From positions 1 through 38,719 of the forward strand of contig JAJRSC010000029.1 of NCBI GenBank assembly GCA_024278985.1: a DNA stretch of 38,719 nucleotides, in the 5' to 3' direction. The notes beneath the pieces are model-generated. The model did not search any database. It was not told the DNA's origin and saw only the letters and a list, made by a program, of their open reading frames with translations. The DNA is from an archaeon (GTDB taxonomy: Archaea; AGJL01; Methanococci; Methanococcales; Methanocaldococcaceae). Positions 1-9,607 of this stretch are shown piece after piece. A program made the position numbers and the translations under genes. Each line of letters begins with the position of its first letter. The first letter of the stretch is position 1.

Positions 1-191
1 ACTTTAAATTTAGTTATGTCTTTATCAAACATAACATCTTTTTTAATGTCAAAGTTTTCCTCTTTATTCCCCTCTCCCCCACTACTATCATCAAACTCAT
101 TCTCATTATCTATATATTTTCCACTTAAATAGGTGTTATCCCTTAGAAGTTTGTCATGGATTTTTTTATTAGTAGTTATTTTTTTTTTAAT
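1..191 (-). CDS. chlD: Partial -1-frame continuation of the chelatase gene (ChlD-type acidic linker), runs off the window edge
   Basis: Manual translation: the -1 frame is stop-free from 191 to 1 ([63 protein letters not shown]...). The +1 frame stops within 4 codons. An acidic linker is typical between the AAA+ and vWA domains of ChlD. The vWA domain itself is not visible in this window. Confidence 0.65.
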   Translation of the reverse strand, partial: MKKKITTNKKIHDKLLRDNTYLSGKYIDNENEFDDSSGGEGNKEENFDIKKDVMFDKDITKFK

Positions 192-1189
192 TTATTTATT
201 GTATCCTCCAATTTTTCTTTGTCTAATTTTGGCTGTTCAAATGGTTTTCTTCTTAATCTATGAGGTAAAGCTAACTCCATGGCTTCCTTAACATCCTCTA
301 AAATAACCTCTTCTCTACCATTGTAAGCAGCTAAGGCCTTAGCAGTTCTTACAACTGTTATATCTGCTCTATGACTATGAATTCCTAACTCTATACAAAC
401 TCCAGATATTAATTCTAAGAGTTCATCACTTATTTTAACTTTTTCTAAAAGTTCTCTTGCTTTGATAATCTTCTCTCTTAATTCTTTTTGTTTCTCTTCA
501 AACTTCTTATAAAATTCTTCAGGATTTTTTTGGAATTCTTCAACTCTTTTTATTATCTCAACTCTATCCTTAACATTATTTATTCCCTCTACATCAACCA
601 TTAACCCAAATCTATCTAAAATTTGAGGTCTTAATTCACCTTCTTCTGGGTTCATTGTTCCAACTAATATAAATCTTGATGGGTGCTTAACTTTAATCCC
701 TTCTCTCTCTACAATATTCCAACCTGATGCAGCTACATCTAAAAGAATATCTACAATATGGTCATCTAATAAATTAACTTCATCAATATATAGAATATTT
801 CTATTTGCCTCTGCTAAAATTCCTGGTTCTAAAGCTTTTATACCTTCTTTTATTGCCTTTTCAATATCTAGAGTACCTACAACTCTATCCTCAGTAGCTC
901 CAATTGGTAAATTTACAACTTTCATTTTCTTTTTAATTATTTTTAGTTCTCCTTTCTCCTTTTTTTCTTTACATATATCACATAATTCATCTGGAGAACA
1001 GTTAAATGGGCAGTCAGTTACTTCTATCTCTGGAAGTAAATCAGCTAAAGCTCTTACAGTTGTAGATTTTGCTGTTCCTTTCTCTCCTCTTATTAGAACT
1101 CCTCCAATTTTTGGATTAATTGCATTTAAAATTAAAGCTTTTTTCATTTTTTCCTGTCCAACTATTGCAGTAAATGGATATATAATCAT
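176..1189 (-). CDS. chlI: Class I chelatase AAA+ ATPase subunit (ChlI/BchI-like; probably serves cobaltochelatase)
   Basis: [10 protein letters not shown]-terminus, Walker [59 protein letters not shown] at 1189 preferred over 1195 from SD spacing (GAGGGA). Confidence 0.92.
   Translation of the reverse strand: MIIYPFTAIVGQEKMKKALILNAINPKIGGVLIRGEKGTAKSTTVRALADLLPEIEVTDCPFNCSPDELCDICKEKKEKGELKIIKKKMKVVNLPIGATEDRVVGTLDIEKAIKEGIKALEPGILAEANRNILYIDEVNLLDDHIVDILLDVAASGWNIVEREGIKVKHPSRFILVGTMNPEEGELRPQILDRFGLMVDVEGINNVKDRVEIIKRVEEFQKNPEEFYKKFEEKQKELREKIIKARELLEKVKISDELLELISGVCIELGIHSHRADITVVRTAKALAAYNGREEVILEDVKEAMELALPHRLRRKPFEQPKLDKEKLEDTINKLKKK
179..188 (-). other. A10 slippery run, candidate -1 frameshift or transcriptional slippage site
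   Basis: Minus strand reads TTA AAA AAA AAA TAA. The -1 frame has a stop at 194-192 just upstream, so any shift is confined to this run. Confidence 0.7.
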
Positions 1190-1216
1190 AATCATCCCTC
1201 TAAAATACCTCTAAAG

Positions 1217-1273
1217 ATAATTATTAATATTTTAAGTATTAAATAATATTATTACTAATAATTATTAATATTT
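1217..1273. repeat. Exact 16-bp direct repeat in the divergent chlI / ABC ATPase promoter region
   Basis: ATAATTATTAATATTT at 1217-1232 and 1258-1273. It is purely A/T, so significance is limited. Confidence 0.5.
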
Positions 1274-1290
1274 ATGGGTGTAGAATAAGT

Positions 1291-2418
1291 ATGTTAAAAA
1301 CCAAAGACTTAGGTGTAGGATATAAAGAGATTGTTGTAGACAATATTAATTTGGAAATTAAAAAAGGGGAAATATTGGCTATACTTGGTCCAAATGGTGT
1401 TGGAAAATCAACACTTTTAAAAACATTATGTTCTTTTTTATCTCCTTTAAAAGGAGTTGTATATTTAGAATCTCAAATTCTTCATAATATAAAACCTTCA
1501 GAACTTGCTAAAAAATTGGCTGTTGTATTAACAGAAAGAGTAAATCCAGGAAATTTAACAGGATTTGATATAATTGCAATAGGAAGACATCCATACACTG
1601 ATTTATTTGGAAGATTATCAGAGAGAGATATTGAAGTTATAGAAGAATCTGCTAAGGCTGTTAATGCACTTCATCTTTTAGATAAAAAATTTTTTGAAAT
1701 GAGTGATGGAGAAAGACAAAAAATAATGATTGCAAGGGCATTAGCTCAAGAACCAGAAATTTTAATTTTAGATGAACCAACATCATTTTTAGATGCCAAG
1801 CATAAAATAGAATTAACTCTTTTATTAAGAAAGTTAGCCACTGAAAAAAATTTGGCAATAGTTGTAACACTACATGATATTGAATTAGCTTTGAGAGTAG
1901 CTGATAAATTGGCTTTAATAAAGGATAAAAAAATTATTGCATATGGTTATCCAGAGGATATTTTAAATAAAGATACTGTTAATTATTTATATGATGTTAC
2001 TTCAGCCAATTTTAGTAGAGAGATTGGATATTTTGAACTGATTAATAAATCAAAGAGAGAAATAAAAATTTTTGTTATTTGTGGTGCTGGGACTGGAGCT
2101 GGATTATTAAGATATTTAGTAAAAAATGGATATAAAATTTATTGTGGTATCTTACACGAGAATGATTTTGATTATATTGTAGCAAAAACTATGGAAATAG
2201 AAATAATCAAAGAAAAAGCATTTTCTCAAATATCAAAGGAAAATATTGAAAAAGCAAAAAATATTATTGATGAATGTGATTATATAATATATACTGAGTT
2301 TCCTGTTGGAGAAATTAATAAAGAAAATTTATATTTAATTGACTACTCAATAAATAAAAATAAAAAAGTTATTAAATACCAATCAGTTCAAGATTTAAAA
2401 TCCACTCATAAAATTTAA
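1291..2418 (+). CDS. ABC transporter ATP-binding protein, cobalamin/Fe-siderophore type, with C-terminal extension
   Basis: Walker A GPNGVGKS, signature variant MSDGERQK, Walker B ILILDEPT, H-loop TLHD, then about 120 extra residues starting IFVICGAGTG. Confidence 0.88.
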   Translation: MLKTKDLGVGYKEIVVDNINLEIKKGEILAILGPNGVGKSTLLKTLCSFLSPLKGVVYLESQILHNIKPSELAKKLAVVLTERVNPGNLTGFDIIAIGRHPYTDLFGRLSERDIEVIEESAKAVNALHLLDKKFFEMSDGERQKIMIARALAQEPEILILDEPTSFLDAKHKIELTLLLRKLATEKNLAIVVTLHDIELALRVADKLALIKDKKIIAYGYPEDILNKDTVNYLYDVTSANFSREIGYFELINKSKREIKIFVICGAGTGAGLLRYLVKNGYKIYCGILHENDFDYIVAKTMEIEIIKEKAFSQISKENIEKAKNIIDECDYIIYTEFPVGEINKENLYLIDYSINKNKKVIKYQSVQDLKSTHKI

Positions 2419-2497
2419 TGTTTATATAAAATAATATATTAATGTTGTCTAAAGGGATATTTAAATTTTTTTATATATTTAAATTTAATTTTATAAT

Positions 2498-3550
2498 TTA
2501 ATATTTTTTCTTATATTCTCTAAATTTTTCCCAATTTAATTTTGGTTTTAGTCCTAACTCTTCAATTTTTTCAACTACATCATCTAAATTGGCAGTTTTT
2601 GGATTTCCTACACCTTTTATATTATGAGGATAATTTTTTGGAATTACTGTGGCTATATTACTTGCTCCTGCTAAGAGAGAAAATTGTATAAGTTCTGGCA
2701 TTATTGTAGGAGAGAGAGATGTTATTCTTATATTTGGAAATATTAATCTTGTTATTGCTATAGTTTTTGCCTGTTCAATAGATGAACATCTTTTAACATG
2801 TTCCATTGGTGTATCTTTATAAGGGTTAAATCCCATTATTGGAACTTCTCCAATATCAAAATTATTTTTTAAATAAAAAAGATGATTAACTCTATCCTCA
2901 TAACTCTCTCCAATTCCTATTAATAGCCCAGAAGATAATTCTATGCCATATTTATTAACTAATTTGCATACTCTTATCCTATCTTCTAACTCTTCTCCAG
3001 GCTTTAATTTTTTAAATAAACTTTCATTTATTGTTTCTAAATTACAACAGATAGTATCAACATTTAGATTTTTAAGATTTTTTATATTGTCCTCACTAAG
3101 AAGAGAACCAACATTTATTAAAACTTCTAAATTAAAATTTTCTTTAATTATTTTTGTAGCCCTTATACTATCTTCTCCACTACATCCAGAACAGCTGACT
3201 CTTTTTATTCCACTTTCTTCTATAGCTTTTCCTGCTTTAAATATCTCTTCATCTTTTAGTTTAAATGGTTTATAATATCCTTCTCTTGATGTCCCAGCTG
3301 CAAAACCACAATATAAACATTTTGGGTTTATTGGGCAAATATTTGAGATATGAATAGTTGAAGTAATTTCAATTTCCTTTTTAAAGTAATCTCTAACTTC
3401 TGATGCAATATTAAAAAGTTTTAACAAATCTCTCCAATTATCTATTTTAAATAATTTTAATGCTTCTTCTTCATCAATAAGCCCTGTTTTTAGAAAATAA
3501 TTATTTTCTTTACTATCTTCAAATCTTTCAATTATTGAATATATATCCAT
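2498..3550 (-). CDS. hcgA: Radical SAM protein HcgA/HmdB for FeGP cofactor ([Fe]-hydrogenase) biosynthesis
   Basis: BioB-like sequence with the non-canonical CX5CX2C motif (CPINPKCLYC) followed by GFAAGTS, diagnostic of HmdB/HcgA. Confidence 0.88.
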   Translation of the reverse strand: MDIYSIIERFEDSKENNYFLKTGLIDEEEALKLFKIDNWRDLLKLFNIASEVRDYFKKEIEITSTIHISNICPINPKCLYCGFAAGTSREGYYKPFKLKDEEIFKAGKAIEESGIKRVSCSGCSGEDSIRATKIIKENFNLEVLINVGSLLSEDNIKNLKNLNVDTICCNLETINESLFKKLKPGEELEDRIRVCKLVNKYGIELSSGLLIGIGESYEDRVNHLFYLKNNFDIGEVPIMGFNPYKDTPMEHVKRCSSIEQAKTIAITRLIFPNIRITSLSPTIMPELIQFSLLAGASNIATVIPKNYPHNIKGVGNPKTANLDDVVEKIEELGLKPKLNWEKFREYKKKY

Positions 3551-3623
3551 AATTAATCACTAACTTTTATTTTAGCCAAAAAATATTTTATCTACTTATG
3601 AAATTAATATATGTTATGTCATA

Positions 3624-3655
3624 CACTTAATAAAACTTTCACATAATAAAACTTT
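3624..3655 (+). repeat. 16-nt tandem duplication in the mch leader
   Basis: CACTTAATAAAACTTT (3624-3639) and CACATAATAAAACTTT (3640-3655), 15/16 identical, directly before SD GGTGA (3656-3660). Confidence 0.75.
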
Positions 3656-3667
3656 GGTGAATTAAAT

Positions 3668-4633
3668 ATGTTAAGTGTTAATGAAAAGGCCTATAAAATT
3701 GTTGAAGAAATGATAAAAAATAAAGAAGAATTAAAAATAGATGTTATAAAATTAGAGAATGGTGCAACAGTTTTAGATTGTGGAGTTAATGTAGAAGGTA
3801 GTTGGGAAGCTGGAAAATTATTTACTAAAATATGTTTAGGAGGATTGGCAGAAGTCTCTATTTCTCCATCTCCATATGAAGCTATTCCATTACCATATGT
3901 TAAAGTTAAAACCTCTCATCCTGCTATCTCAACACTTGGCTCACAAAAAGCTGGGTGGGTTGTTAAAGTAGGAAAATACTTTGCAATGGGTTCTGGTCCA
4001 GCAAGAGCCTTAGCTAAAAAACCTAAAAAGACATATGAAGAAATAGATTATGAAGACAACTATGATAAAGCTATTTTATGTTTAGAGGCTTCAAAATTAC
4101 CAAATGAGGAAGTAGCTGAATATGTTGCTAAGGAGTGTAATGTTGATGTTGAAAATGTTTATCTTTTAGTAGCTCCAACAGCTTCATTAGTAGGTGCTAT
4201 ACAAATTAGTGGTAGAGTTGTAGAAAATGGAACTTATAAAATGATTGAAGTTTTAGAGTTTGATGTTAAGAAAGTAAAATATGCCTCTGGATTAGCTCCA
4301 ATAGCTCCAATAGTTGGAGATGACTTTACAATGATGGGAGTCACAAATGATATGGTTTTATATGCTGGAGTAACCCAATACTATATAAAAGCTGATGACA
4401 ATGATGATTTAGAAAGTTTAACTAAAGCTTTACCATCTTCTGCTTCTAAAGATTATGGTAAGCCATTCTTAGAGGTATTTAAAGCAGCTGACTATGACTT
4501 TTATAAAATAGATAAAGGAATGTTTGCCCCAGCTGTTGTAGTAGTAAATAATATTAAAAATGGTAAGATATACAAAGCTGGAAAGGTAAATATAGATATT
4601 ATTAAAAAATCTATTGGATTAGTTGAATTCTAA
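3668..4633 (+). CDS. mch: Methenyltetrahydromethanopterin cyclohydrolase
   Basis: MLSVNEKA start, [51 protein letters not shown]. Confidence 0.96.
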   Translation: MLSVNEKAYKIVEEMIKNKEELKIDVIKLENGATVLDCGVNVEGSWEAGKLFTKICLGGLAEVSISPSPYEAIPLPYVKVKTSHPAISTLGSQKAGWVVKVGKYFAMGSGPARALAKKPKKTYEEIDYEDNYDKAILCLEASKLPNEEVAEYVAKECNVDVENVYLLVAPTASLVGAIQISGRVVENGTYKMIEVLEFDVKKVKYASGLAPIAPIVGDDFTMMGVTNDMVLYAGVTQYYIKADDNDDLESLTKALPSSASKDYGKPFLEVFKAADYDFYKIDKGMFAPAVVVVNNIKNGKIYKAGKVNIDIIKKSIGLVEF

Positions 4634-4634
4634 T

Positions 4635-4660
4635 TCTTCTCACCTCTTTTTTTACTTTTT
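4635..4660 (+). terminator. T-rich archaeal terminator-like tract after mch
   Basis: TCTTCTCACCTCTTTTTTTACTTTTT immediately after the stop codon. Confidence 0.5.
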
Positions 4661-4670
4661 AGGGATTAAT

Positions 4671-5747
4671 ATGCTAATTAAGGGAAAGTTTCTTTATGGT
4701 GAAGATTATAAGATTGTAGAAGGTACTTTAATAGTTGAAGATAATGAAATTAAAGGATTTAGTAATGAAAAGGAGGATATTAAAATTAATGGCTTAATAA
4801 TTCCTGGAATAATAAATGCACATACACATATAGCAGATAGTTCTATAAGAGATATAGGGATAAATAAGAGTTTGGATGATTTAGTTAAACCTCCAAATGG
4901 TTTAAAGCATAGATATTTAAAAGATTGTAGTAGAGAGATATTAAAAGAGGGTATTAAATTTGGATTAAATGAATTGGAAGAGTTTGGAGTTAGGTACTTT
5001 TGTGATTTTAGAGAAAATGGAATAAGTGGTGTTAAATTACTAAAAGAATGTTTAAATGGAAGTAAAGTTAAATGTATCCTTCTTGGAAGACCTAATAATA
5101 AAGTAGAAACTGAGGAAATATTAAAAATTTCTGATGGAATAAATTTAAGTGGAGCCAATGAGTATAGTGATGATTTTTTAAAAGATGTATTTAGAATATA
5201 TAAAAAATTTAAGAATAAACTTTTTGGAATACATGTTGCTGAACATATTGGAGCAGTTGAATATTCTTTAAAAAAATATAATCAGACAGAATTAGAGAGA
5301 TTACTTAATTTGAAAGTAAAACCCTCTTTTATAGTTCATGGAGTTCATTTAAAAGATAATGATATTTATTTACTTGAAAAGTATAATATACCAGTTGTTT
5401 TATGTGTAAGAGCAAATCTTTATTTAAATGTTGGTATTCCAAATATAGAGAAATTAAAAGATTTAGTTTTAGGATTAGGAACTGATAATTTTATGATAAA
5501 TTCACCATCTATTTTTAGAGAAATGGAGTTTATATATAGGCTGTATCATCTTGAACCAAAAGAAATATTAAAAATGGCTACTCTTAACAATGCAAAAATA
5601 TTAAATCTTAAAAATGTTGGATTAATTGAGGAAGGATATAAACCTGTATTTACTGTTATAAATAATAATGTTTTTTTATTCTCTAAAAATATAGTTGCTT
5701 CAATATTAAGAGTTGAAAAAGGAGATATACTTAATATAACAATTTAA
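4671..5747 (+). CDS. Amidohydrolase/deaminase superfamily metal-dependent hydrolase
   Basis: PGIINAHTH, HVAE, HGVH and GLGTD metal motifs. ATG at 4671 after AGGGA; the ORF-track N-terminal extension is probably spurious. Confidence 0.85.
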   Translation: MLIKGKFLYGEDYKIVEGTLIVEDNEIKGFSNEKEDIKINGLIIPGIINAHTHIADSSIRDIGINKSLDDLVKPPNGLKHRYLKDCSREILKEGIKFGLNELEEFGVRYFCDFRENGISGVKLLKECLNGSKVKCILLGRPNNKVETEEILKISDGINLSGANEYSDDFLKDVFRIYKKFKNKLFGIHVAEHIGAVEYSLKKYNQTELERLLNLKVKPSFIVHGVHLKDNDIYLLEKYNIPVVLCVRANLYLNVGIPNIEKLKDLVLGLGTDNFMINSPSIFREMEFIYRLYHLEPKEILKMATLNNAKILNLKNVGLIEEGYKPVFTVINNNVFLFSKNIVASILRVEKGDILNITI

Positions 5748-5759
5748 TGGGGTGGAAAT

Positions 5760-6818
5760 TTGAAATTACATGAATATGAAGCAAAAGAAATTTTTAAAGA
5801 GTATGGAATCCCGGTTCCAAAGAGTTTTTTATTAAAAAAAGGTGAAATAAAAGATATAGATGGAGATGTTGTTTTAAAAGCACAGGTTTTAGTTGGAGGT
5901 AGAGGAAAGGCCGGAGGAATTATATTTGCAAACAAAGATAATTTTAAGGAAAAAGTTGAAGAACTATTTAACAAAGAAATAAAAGGAGAAAAAGTTGAGA
6001 AAATTTTAGTAGAAGAAAAATTACCTATTAAAAAAGAGTATTATTTAGCAATAACTATAGATAGATTAAGTAAAAAGCCAGTTATTATATTCTCAACAGA
6101 GGGAGGGGTGGATATTGAAGAATTTCCTGATGAGAAGATAGTTAAGTATTATGTTGATATTAAAAAACCATTCTTACCATATATTGGTAGAGAAATAGCC
6201 AAAGATATGAATGTTGATGTAAGAATAGGAGATATTATATATAAATTATATAAAATCTTCAAAGATTTAGATGCTACTCTTGTAGAAATAAATCCTCTTG
6301 TTATTACTGAAAATAACCAAATTTATGCTGCTGATGCTGTTATTATATTAGATGATGATGCTAACTTTAGGCATAATTATAAAAAATTTGAAGATTATAA
6401 AGAAGTTAAGCCATACTCCTATGTTGAGTTAGATGGAGACATTGCAGTTATTGGTAATGGGGCAGGATTAACTCTTGCTACAATGGATTTAATATACAAC
6501 TTAGGAAAAAAACCAGCATGTTTTTTAGATGTTGGTGGAGGGGCAAATAGAGAAGTTATAAAAGATGCACTAAGAACAGTTCTTAAAAATAAAAATGTTA
6601 AAGGAATATTTATTAATATATTAGGGGGAATTACTAAATGTGATGAAGTTGCTAAGGGAATTGTTGAGATTTTAAAAGAAAATCCAAATATTAAGTTTGT
6701 TGTAAGATTAACAGGGACTAATGAAGAGGAGGGTTGGAAAATTTTAGAGGAGAATAATATCCCTTACTTCTTAGATATGCAAGAAGCTGGAAAAAAGATA
6801 GTTAAGTTGGTAGAATGA
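5760..6818 (+). CDS. sucC: Succinyl-CoA synthetase beta subunit
   Basis: MKLHEYEAK, KAQVLVGGRGKAGG, EINPL, GNGAGLTLATMD, NILGGITKCD, RLTGTN. TTG start. Confidence 0.93.
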   Translation: MKLHEYEAKEIFKEYGIPVPKSFLLKKGEIKDIDGDVVLKAQVLVGGRGKAGGIIFANKDNFKEKVEELFNKEIKGEKVEKILVEEKLPIKKEYYLAITIDRLSKKPVIIFSTEGGVDIEEFPDEKIVKYYVDIKKPFLPYIGREIAKDMNVDVRIGDIIYKLYKIFKDLDATLVEINPLVITENNQIYAADAVIILDDDANFRHNYKKFEDYKEVKPYSYVELDGDIAVIGNGAGLTLATMDLIYNLGKKPACFLDVGGGANREVIKDALRTVLKNKNVKGIFINILGGITKCDEVAKGIVEILKENPNIKFVVRLTGTNEEEGWKILEENNIPYFLDMQEAGKKIVKLVE

Positions 6819-7723
6819 TGCTTGTAACAGGAGGAGCAGGATTTATTGGAAGTCATATAGTTGATAGATTAATTAATGATGGCTATGAGGTTATAGTTTT
6901 AGATAATCTAACAACAGGAAATATAAAAAATGTTAATCCAAAGGCAAAATTTATAAATTGTGATGTTAGAGACAACTTAGAAGATAAAATAAATTTTAAA
7001 GATGTTGAAGTAATTTTTCATCAGGCAGCTCAAATAAATGTACGAGTCTCTGTAGATAATCCCATATATGATGCTAATATAAATGTATTAGGAACTATAA
7101 ATATTTTGAATCTTATGAGAAAGTATGATATACAAAAAATAATTTTTGCATCCTCTGGAGGAGCAGTTTATGGTGAGCCAGAATATCTACCTGTTGATGA
7201 AAATCATAAAATTTCTCCATTATCTCCATATGGATTAAGTAAGTATGCTGGGGAGGAGTATATTAAATTGTATAATAGGTTATATAACATAGAGTATTGT
7301 ATACTAAGATATTCCAATGTTTATGGTGAAAGACAAGACCCAAGGGGAGAGGCAGGGGTTATTAGTATATTTATAGAGAGAATCATAAACAATAAAAGAC
7401 CTGTCATATTTGGAGATGGAAATCAAACAAGAGATTTTATATATGTTGGAGATGTTGTAGATGCAAATATTTTAGCAATGAATTGGAAAAATGAAATTGT
7501 TAATATTGGAACAGGAAAAGAGACAACTATTAATGAACTTTATAATATTATTAGTAGAGAACTAAACTTTAAAGATAAACCTATTTATGATAAACCAAGA
7601 GAAGGAGAAGTTTATAGGATATATCTTAACATAGATAAAGCAAAATCTTTGGGCTGGCAACCAAAAACAACTCTTCAAGAAGGTATAAAAAGAGTAATTA
7701 ATTGGTTTAAAAATGAATATTAA
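6815..7723 (+). CDS. galE: UDP-glucose 4-epimerase-like NAD-dependent epimerase
   Basis: VTGGAGFIGSH, YGLSK (YxxxK), LRYSNVYGERQDP, GDGNQTRDF. Confidence 0.85.
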   Translation: MMLVTGGAGFIGSHIVDRLINDGYEVIVLDNLTTGNIKNVNPKAKFINCDVRDNLEDKINFKDVEVIFHQAAQINVRVSVDNPIYDANINVLGTINILNLMRKYDIQKIIFASSGGAVYGEPEYLPVDENHKISPLSPYGLSKYAGEEYIKLYNRLYNIEYCILRYSNVYGERQDPRGEAGVISIFIERIINNKRPVIFGDGNQTRDFIYVGDVVDANILAMNWKNEIVNIGTGKETTINELYNIISRELNFKDKPIYDKPREGEVYRIYLNIDKAKSLGWQPKTTLQEGIKRVINWFKNEY

Positions 7724-7775
7724 GCTATATTTCATCCCTACAATAAAATTAATAAATATTCTTATATTTCACTGA

Positions 7776-7791
7776 CCAAAAGATTTATATA
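7776..7791 (+). promoter_or_regulatory. BRE + TATA promoter of tuf
   Basis: CCAAAAGA followed by TTTATATA (7784-7791), about 90 nt upstream of the ATG. Confidence 0.7.
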
Positions 7792-7881
7792 CTCTTCATA
7801 ATTATAAATAGAAAGCACTAAATTAAATAACATAAAATATGTATTCTTATTCATAAAAAATAAACTAATTTGGTGAAAAAT

Positions 7882-9168
7882 ATGGCAAAGCAAAAACCAG
7901 TATTAAACGTAGCATTTATTGGACACGTAGATGCTGGAAAATCTACAACTGTTGGAAGATTATTATACGATAGTGGAGCAATTGACCCACAGTTATTAGA
8001 AAAATTAAAAAGAGAAGCTCAAGAAAGAGGTAAAGCAGGATTCGAATTTGCTTATGTTATGGATAACTTAAAAGAAGAAAGAGAAAGAGGAGTTACAATA
8101 GACGTTGCACACAAAAAATTCGAAACTAAAAAATATGAAGTTACTATCGTTGACTGTCCAGGACACAGAGACTTTATTAAAAACATGATTACTGGAGCAT
8201 CACAAGCAGATGCTGCTATATTAGTTGTTGACGTTAACGACGCTAAAACAGGAATCCAACCACAAACAAGAGAACACATGTTCTTAGCAAGAACATTAGG
8301 AATTAAACAAATTGCTGTTTGTATAAACAAAATGGATACAGTCAATTACAGCCAAGAAGAATATGAAAAAATGAAAAAAATGTTATCTGAACAATTATTA
8401 AGAGTCTTAGGTTATAACCCAGACCAAATTGACTTTATTCCAACTGCATCATTAAAAGGAGACAACGTTGTTAAAAGATCAGAAAATATGCCATGGTACA
8501 AAGGTCCAACATTAGTCGAAGCAATTGACAAATTCCAACCACCAGAAAAACCAGTTAACTTACCATTAAGAATACCAATTCAAGATGTCTATTCAATTAC
8601 TGGAGTTGGTACTGTCCCAGTTGGAAGAGTAGAAACTGGTATTTTAAGACCTGGAGATAAAGTTGTCTTTGAACCTGCAGGAGTTAGTGGAGAAGTTAAA
8701 TCTATTGAAATGCACCATGAACAAATACCACAAGCAGAACCAGGAGACAATATTGGATTTAACGTAAGAGGTGTAAGTAAGAAGGATATCAAAAGAGGAG
8801 ACGTTTGTGGACATCCAGACAATCCACCAACAGTTGCAGAAGAATTTACTGCTCAGTTAGTTATCTTACAACACCCAACTGCTATAACTGTCGGTTATAC
8901 CCCAGTATTCCACGCACACACAGCACAAGTTGCATGTACATTTATAGAATTATTAAAGAAATTAGACCCAAGAACTGGGCAAGTAATTGAAGAAAACCCA
9001 CAATTCTTAAAAACTGGAGATGCTGCAGTAGTTAGAATAAAACCAACCAAACCAATGGTTATAGAAAATGTTAGAGAAATTCCACAATTAGGAAGATTCG
9101 CAGTTAGAGATATGGGAATGACTATAGCTGCAGGAATGGCTATAGATGTCAAAGCTAAAAATAAATAA
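7882..9168 (+). CDS. tuf: Translation elongation factor EF-1 alpha
   Basis: [42 protein letters not shown] at 7882 after GGTGA. Codon usage is rich in C-ending high-expression codons. Confidence 0.99.
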   Translation: MAKQKPVLNVAFIGHVDAGKSTTVGRLLYDSGAIDPQLLEKLKREAQERGKAGFEFAYVMDNLKEERERGVTIDVAHKKFETKKYEVTIVDCPGHRDFIKNMITGASQADAAILVVDVNDAKTGIQPQTREHMFLARTLGIKQIAVCINKMDTVNYSQEEYEKMKKMLSEQLLRVLGYNPDQIDFIPTASLKGDNVVKRSENMPWYKGPTLVEAIDKFQPPEKPVNLPLRIPIQDVYSITGVGTVPVGRVETGILRPGDKVVFEPAGVSGEVKSIEMHHEQIPQAEPGDNIGFNVRGVSKKDIKRGDVCGHPDNPPTVAEEFTAQLVILQHPTAITVGYTPVFHAHTAQVACTFIELLKKLDPRTGQVIEENPQFLKTGDAAVVRIKPTKPMVIENVREIPQLGRFAVRDMGMTIAAGMAIDVKAKNK

Positions 9169-9169
9169 A

Positions 9170-9191
9170 TCCTTTTTCTTTAATTTTTTTT
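9170..9191 (+). terminator. T-rich terminator-like tract between tuf and rps10
   Basis: TCCTTTTTCTTTAATTTTTTTT after the tuf stop. Confidence 0.5.
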
Positions 9192-9241
9192 AAATTTTAT
9201 AGTTATAGGTTCAAATATTTAATAACATGATGGTGATTAAG

Positions 9242-9544
9242 ATGAGAAAGGTTAAAATAAAATTAACAAGTACCGACCATAAAGTTTTAGATGAACTATG
9301 TAATCAAATAAAAGAGATTGCAGAAAAGACAGGAGTAGATATTTCTGGACCTATTCCACTACCAACTAAAAAATTAAGAGTAACAGTAAGAAGAAGTCCA
9401 GACGGAGAAGGTTCTTCAACATTTGACAGATATACATTAACTATCCATAAAAGATTAATCTATATTGATGCTGATGAGAGAGCATTAAGACATATAACAA
9501 GAATAAGAATTCCTGATGGAGTAGAAATTGAGATAAAGGTCTAA
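9242..9544 (+). CDS. rps10: 30S ribosomal protein S10 (uS10)
   Basis: [22 protein letters not shown]. Follows tuf. ATG at 9242 after GGTGA. Confidence 0.97.
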   Translation: MRKVKIKLTSTDHKVLDELCNQIKEIAEKTGVDISGPIPLPTKKLRVTVRRSPDGEGSSTFDRYTLTIHKRLIYIDADERALRHITRIRIPDGVEIEIKV

Positions 9545-9576
9545 TTTTGAAATGTTAATTTTGCATAAGTTATTAA

Positions 9577-9607
9577 AGTTGTGGTCTGAAAAATGAGGAC
9601 CACAACT
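9577..9607 (+). other. Perfect 10-bp inverted repeat/hairpin with a K-loop-like cap
   Basis: AGTTGTGGTC (9577-9586), loop TGAAAAATGAG, GACCACAACT (9598-9607). An outer AAGTTA/TAACTT pairing is possible, followed by T7. Confidence 0.75.

Noticed and set aside
9577-9607. Hairpin as an archaeal SECIS, H/ACA or full C/D guide RNA, or hammerhead ribozyme
   Set aside because: There is no GC helix after GAA and no in-frame UGA in the flanking genes, no ACA tail or pseudouridylation pocket, no outer C and D boxes, and no hammerhead GAAA/stem II arrangement.
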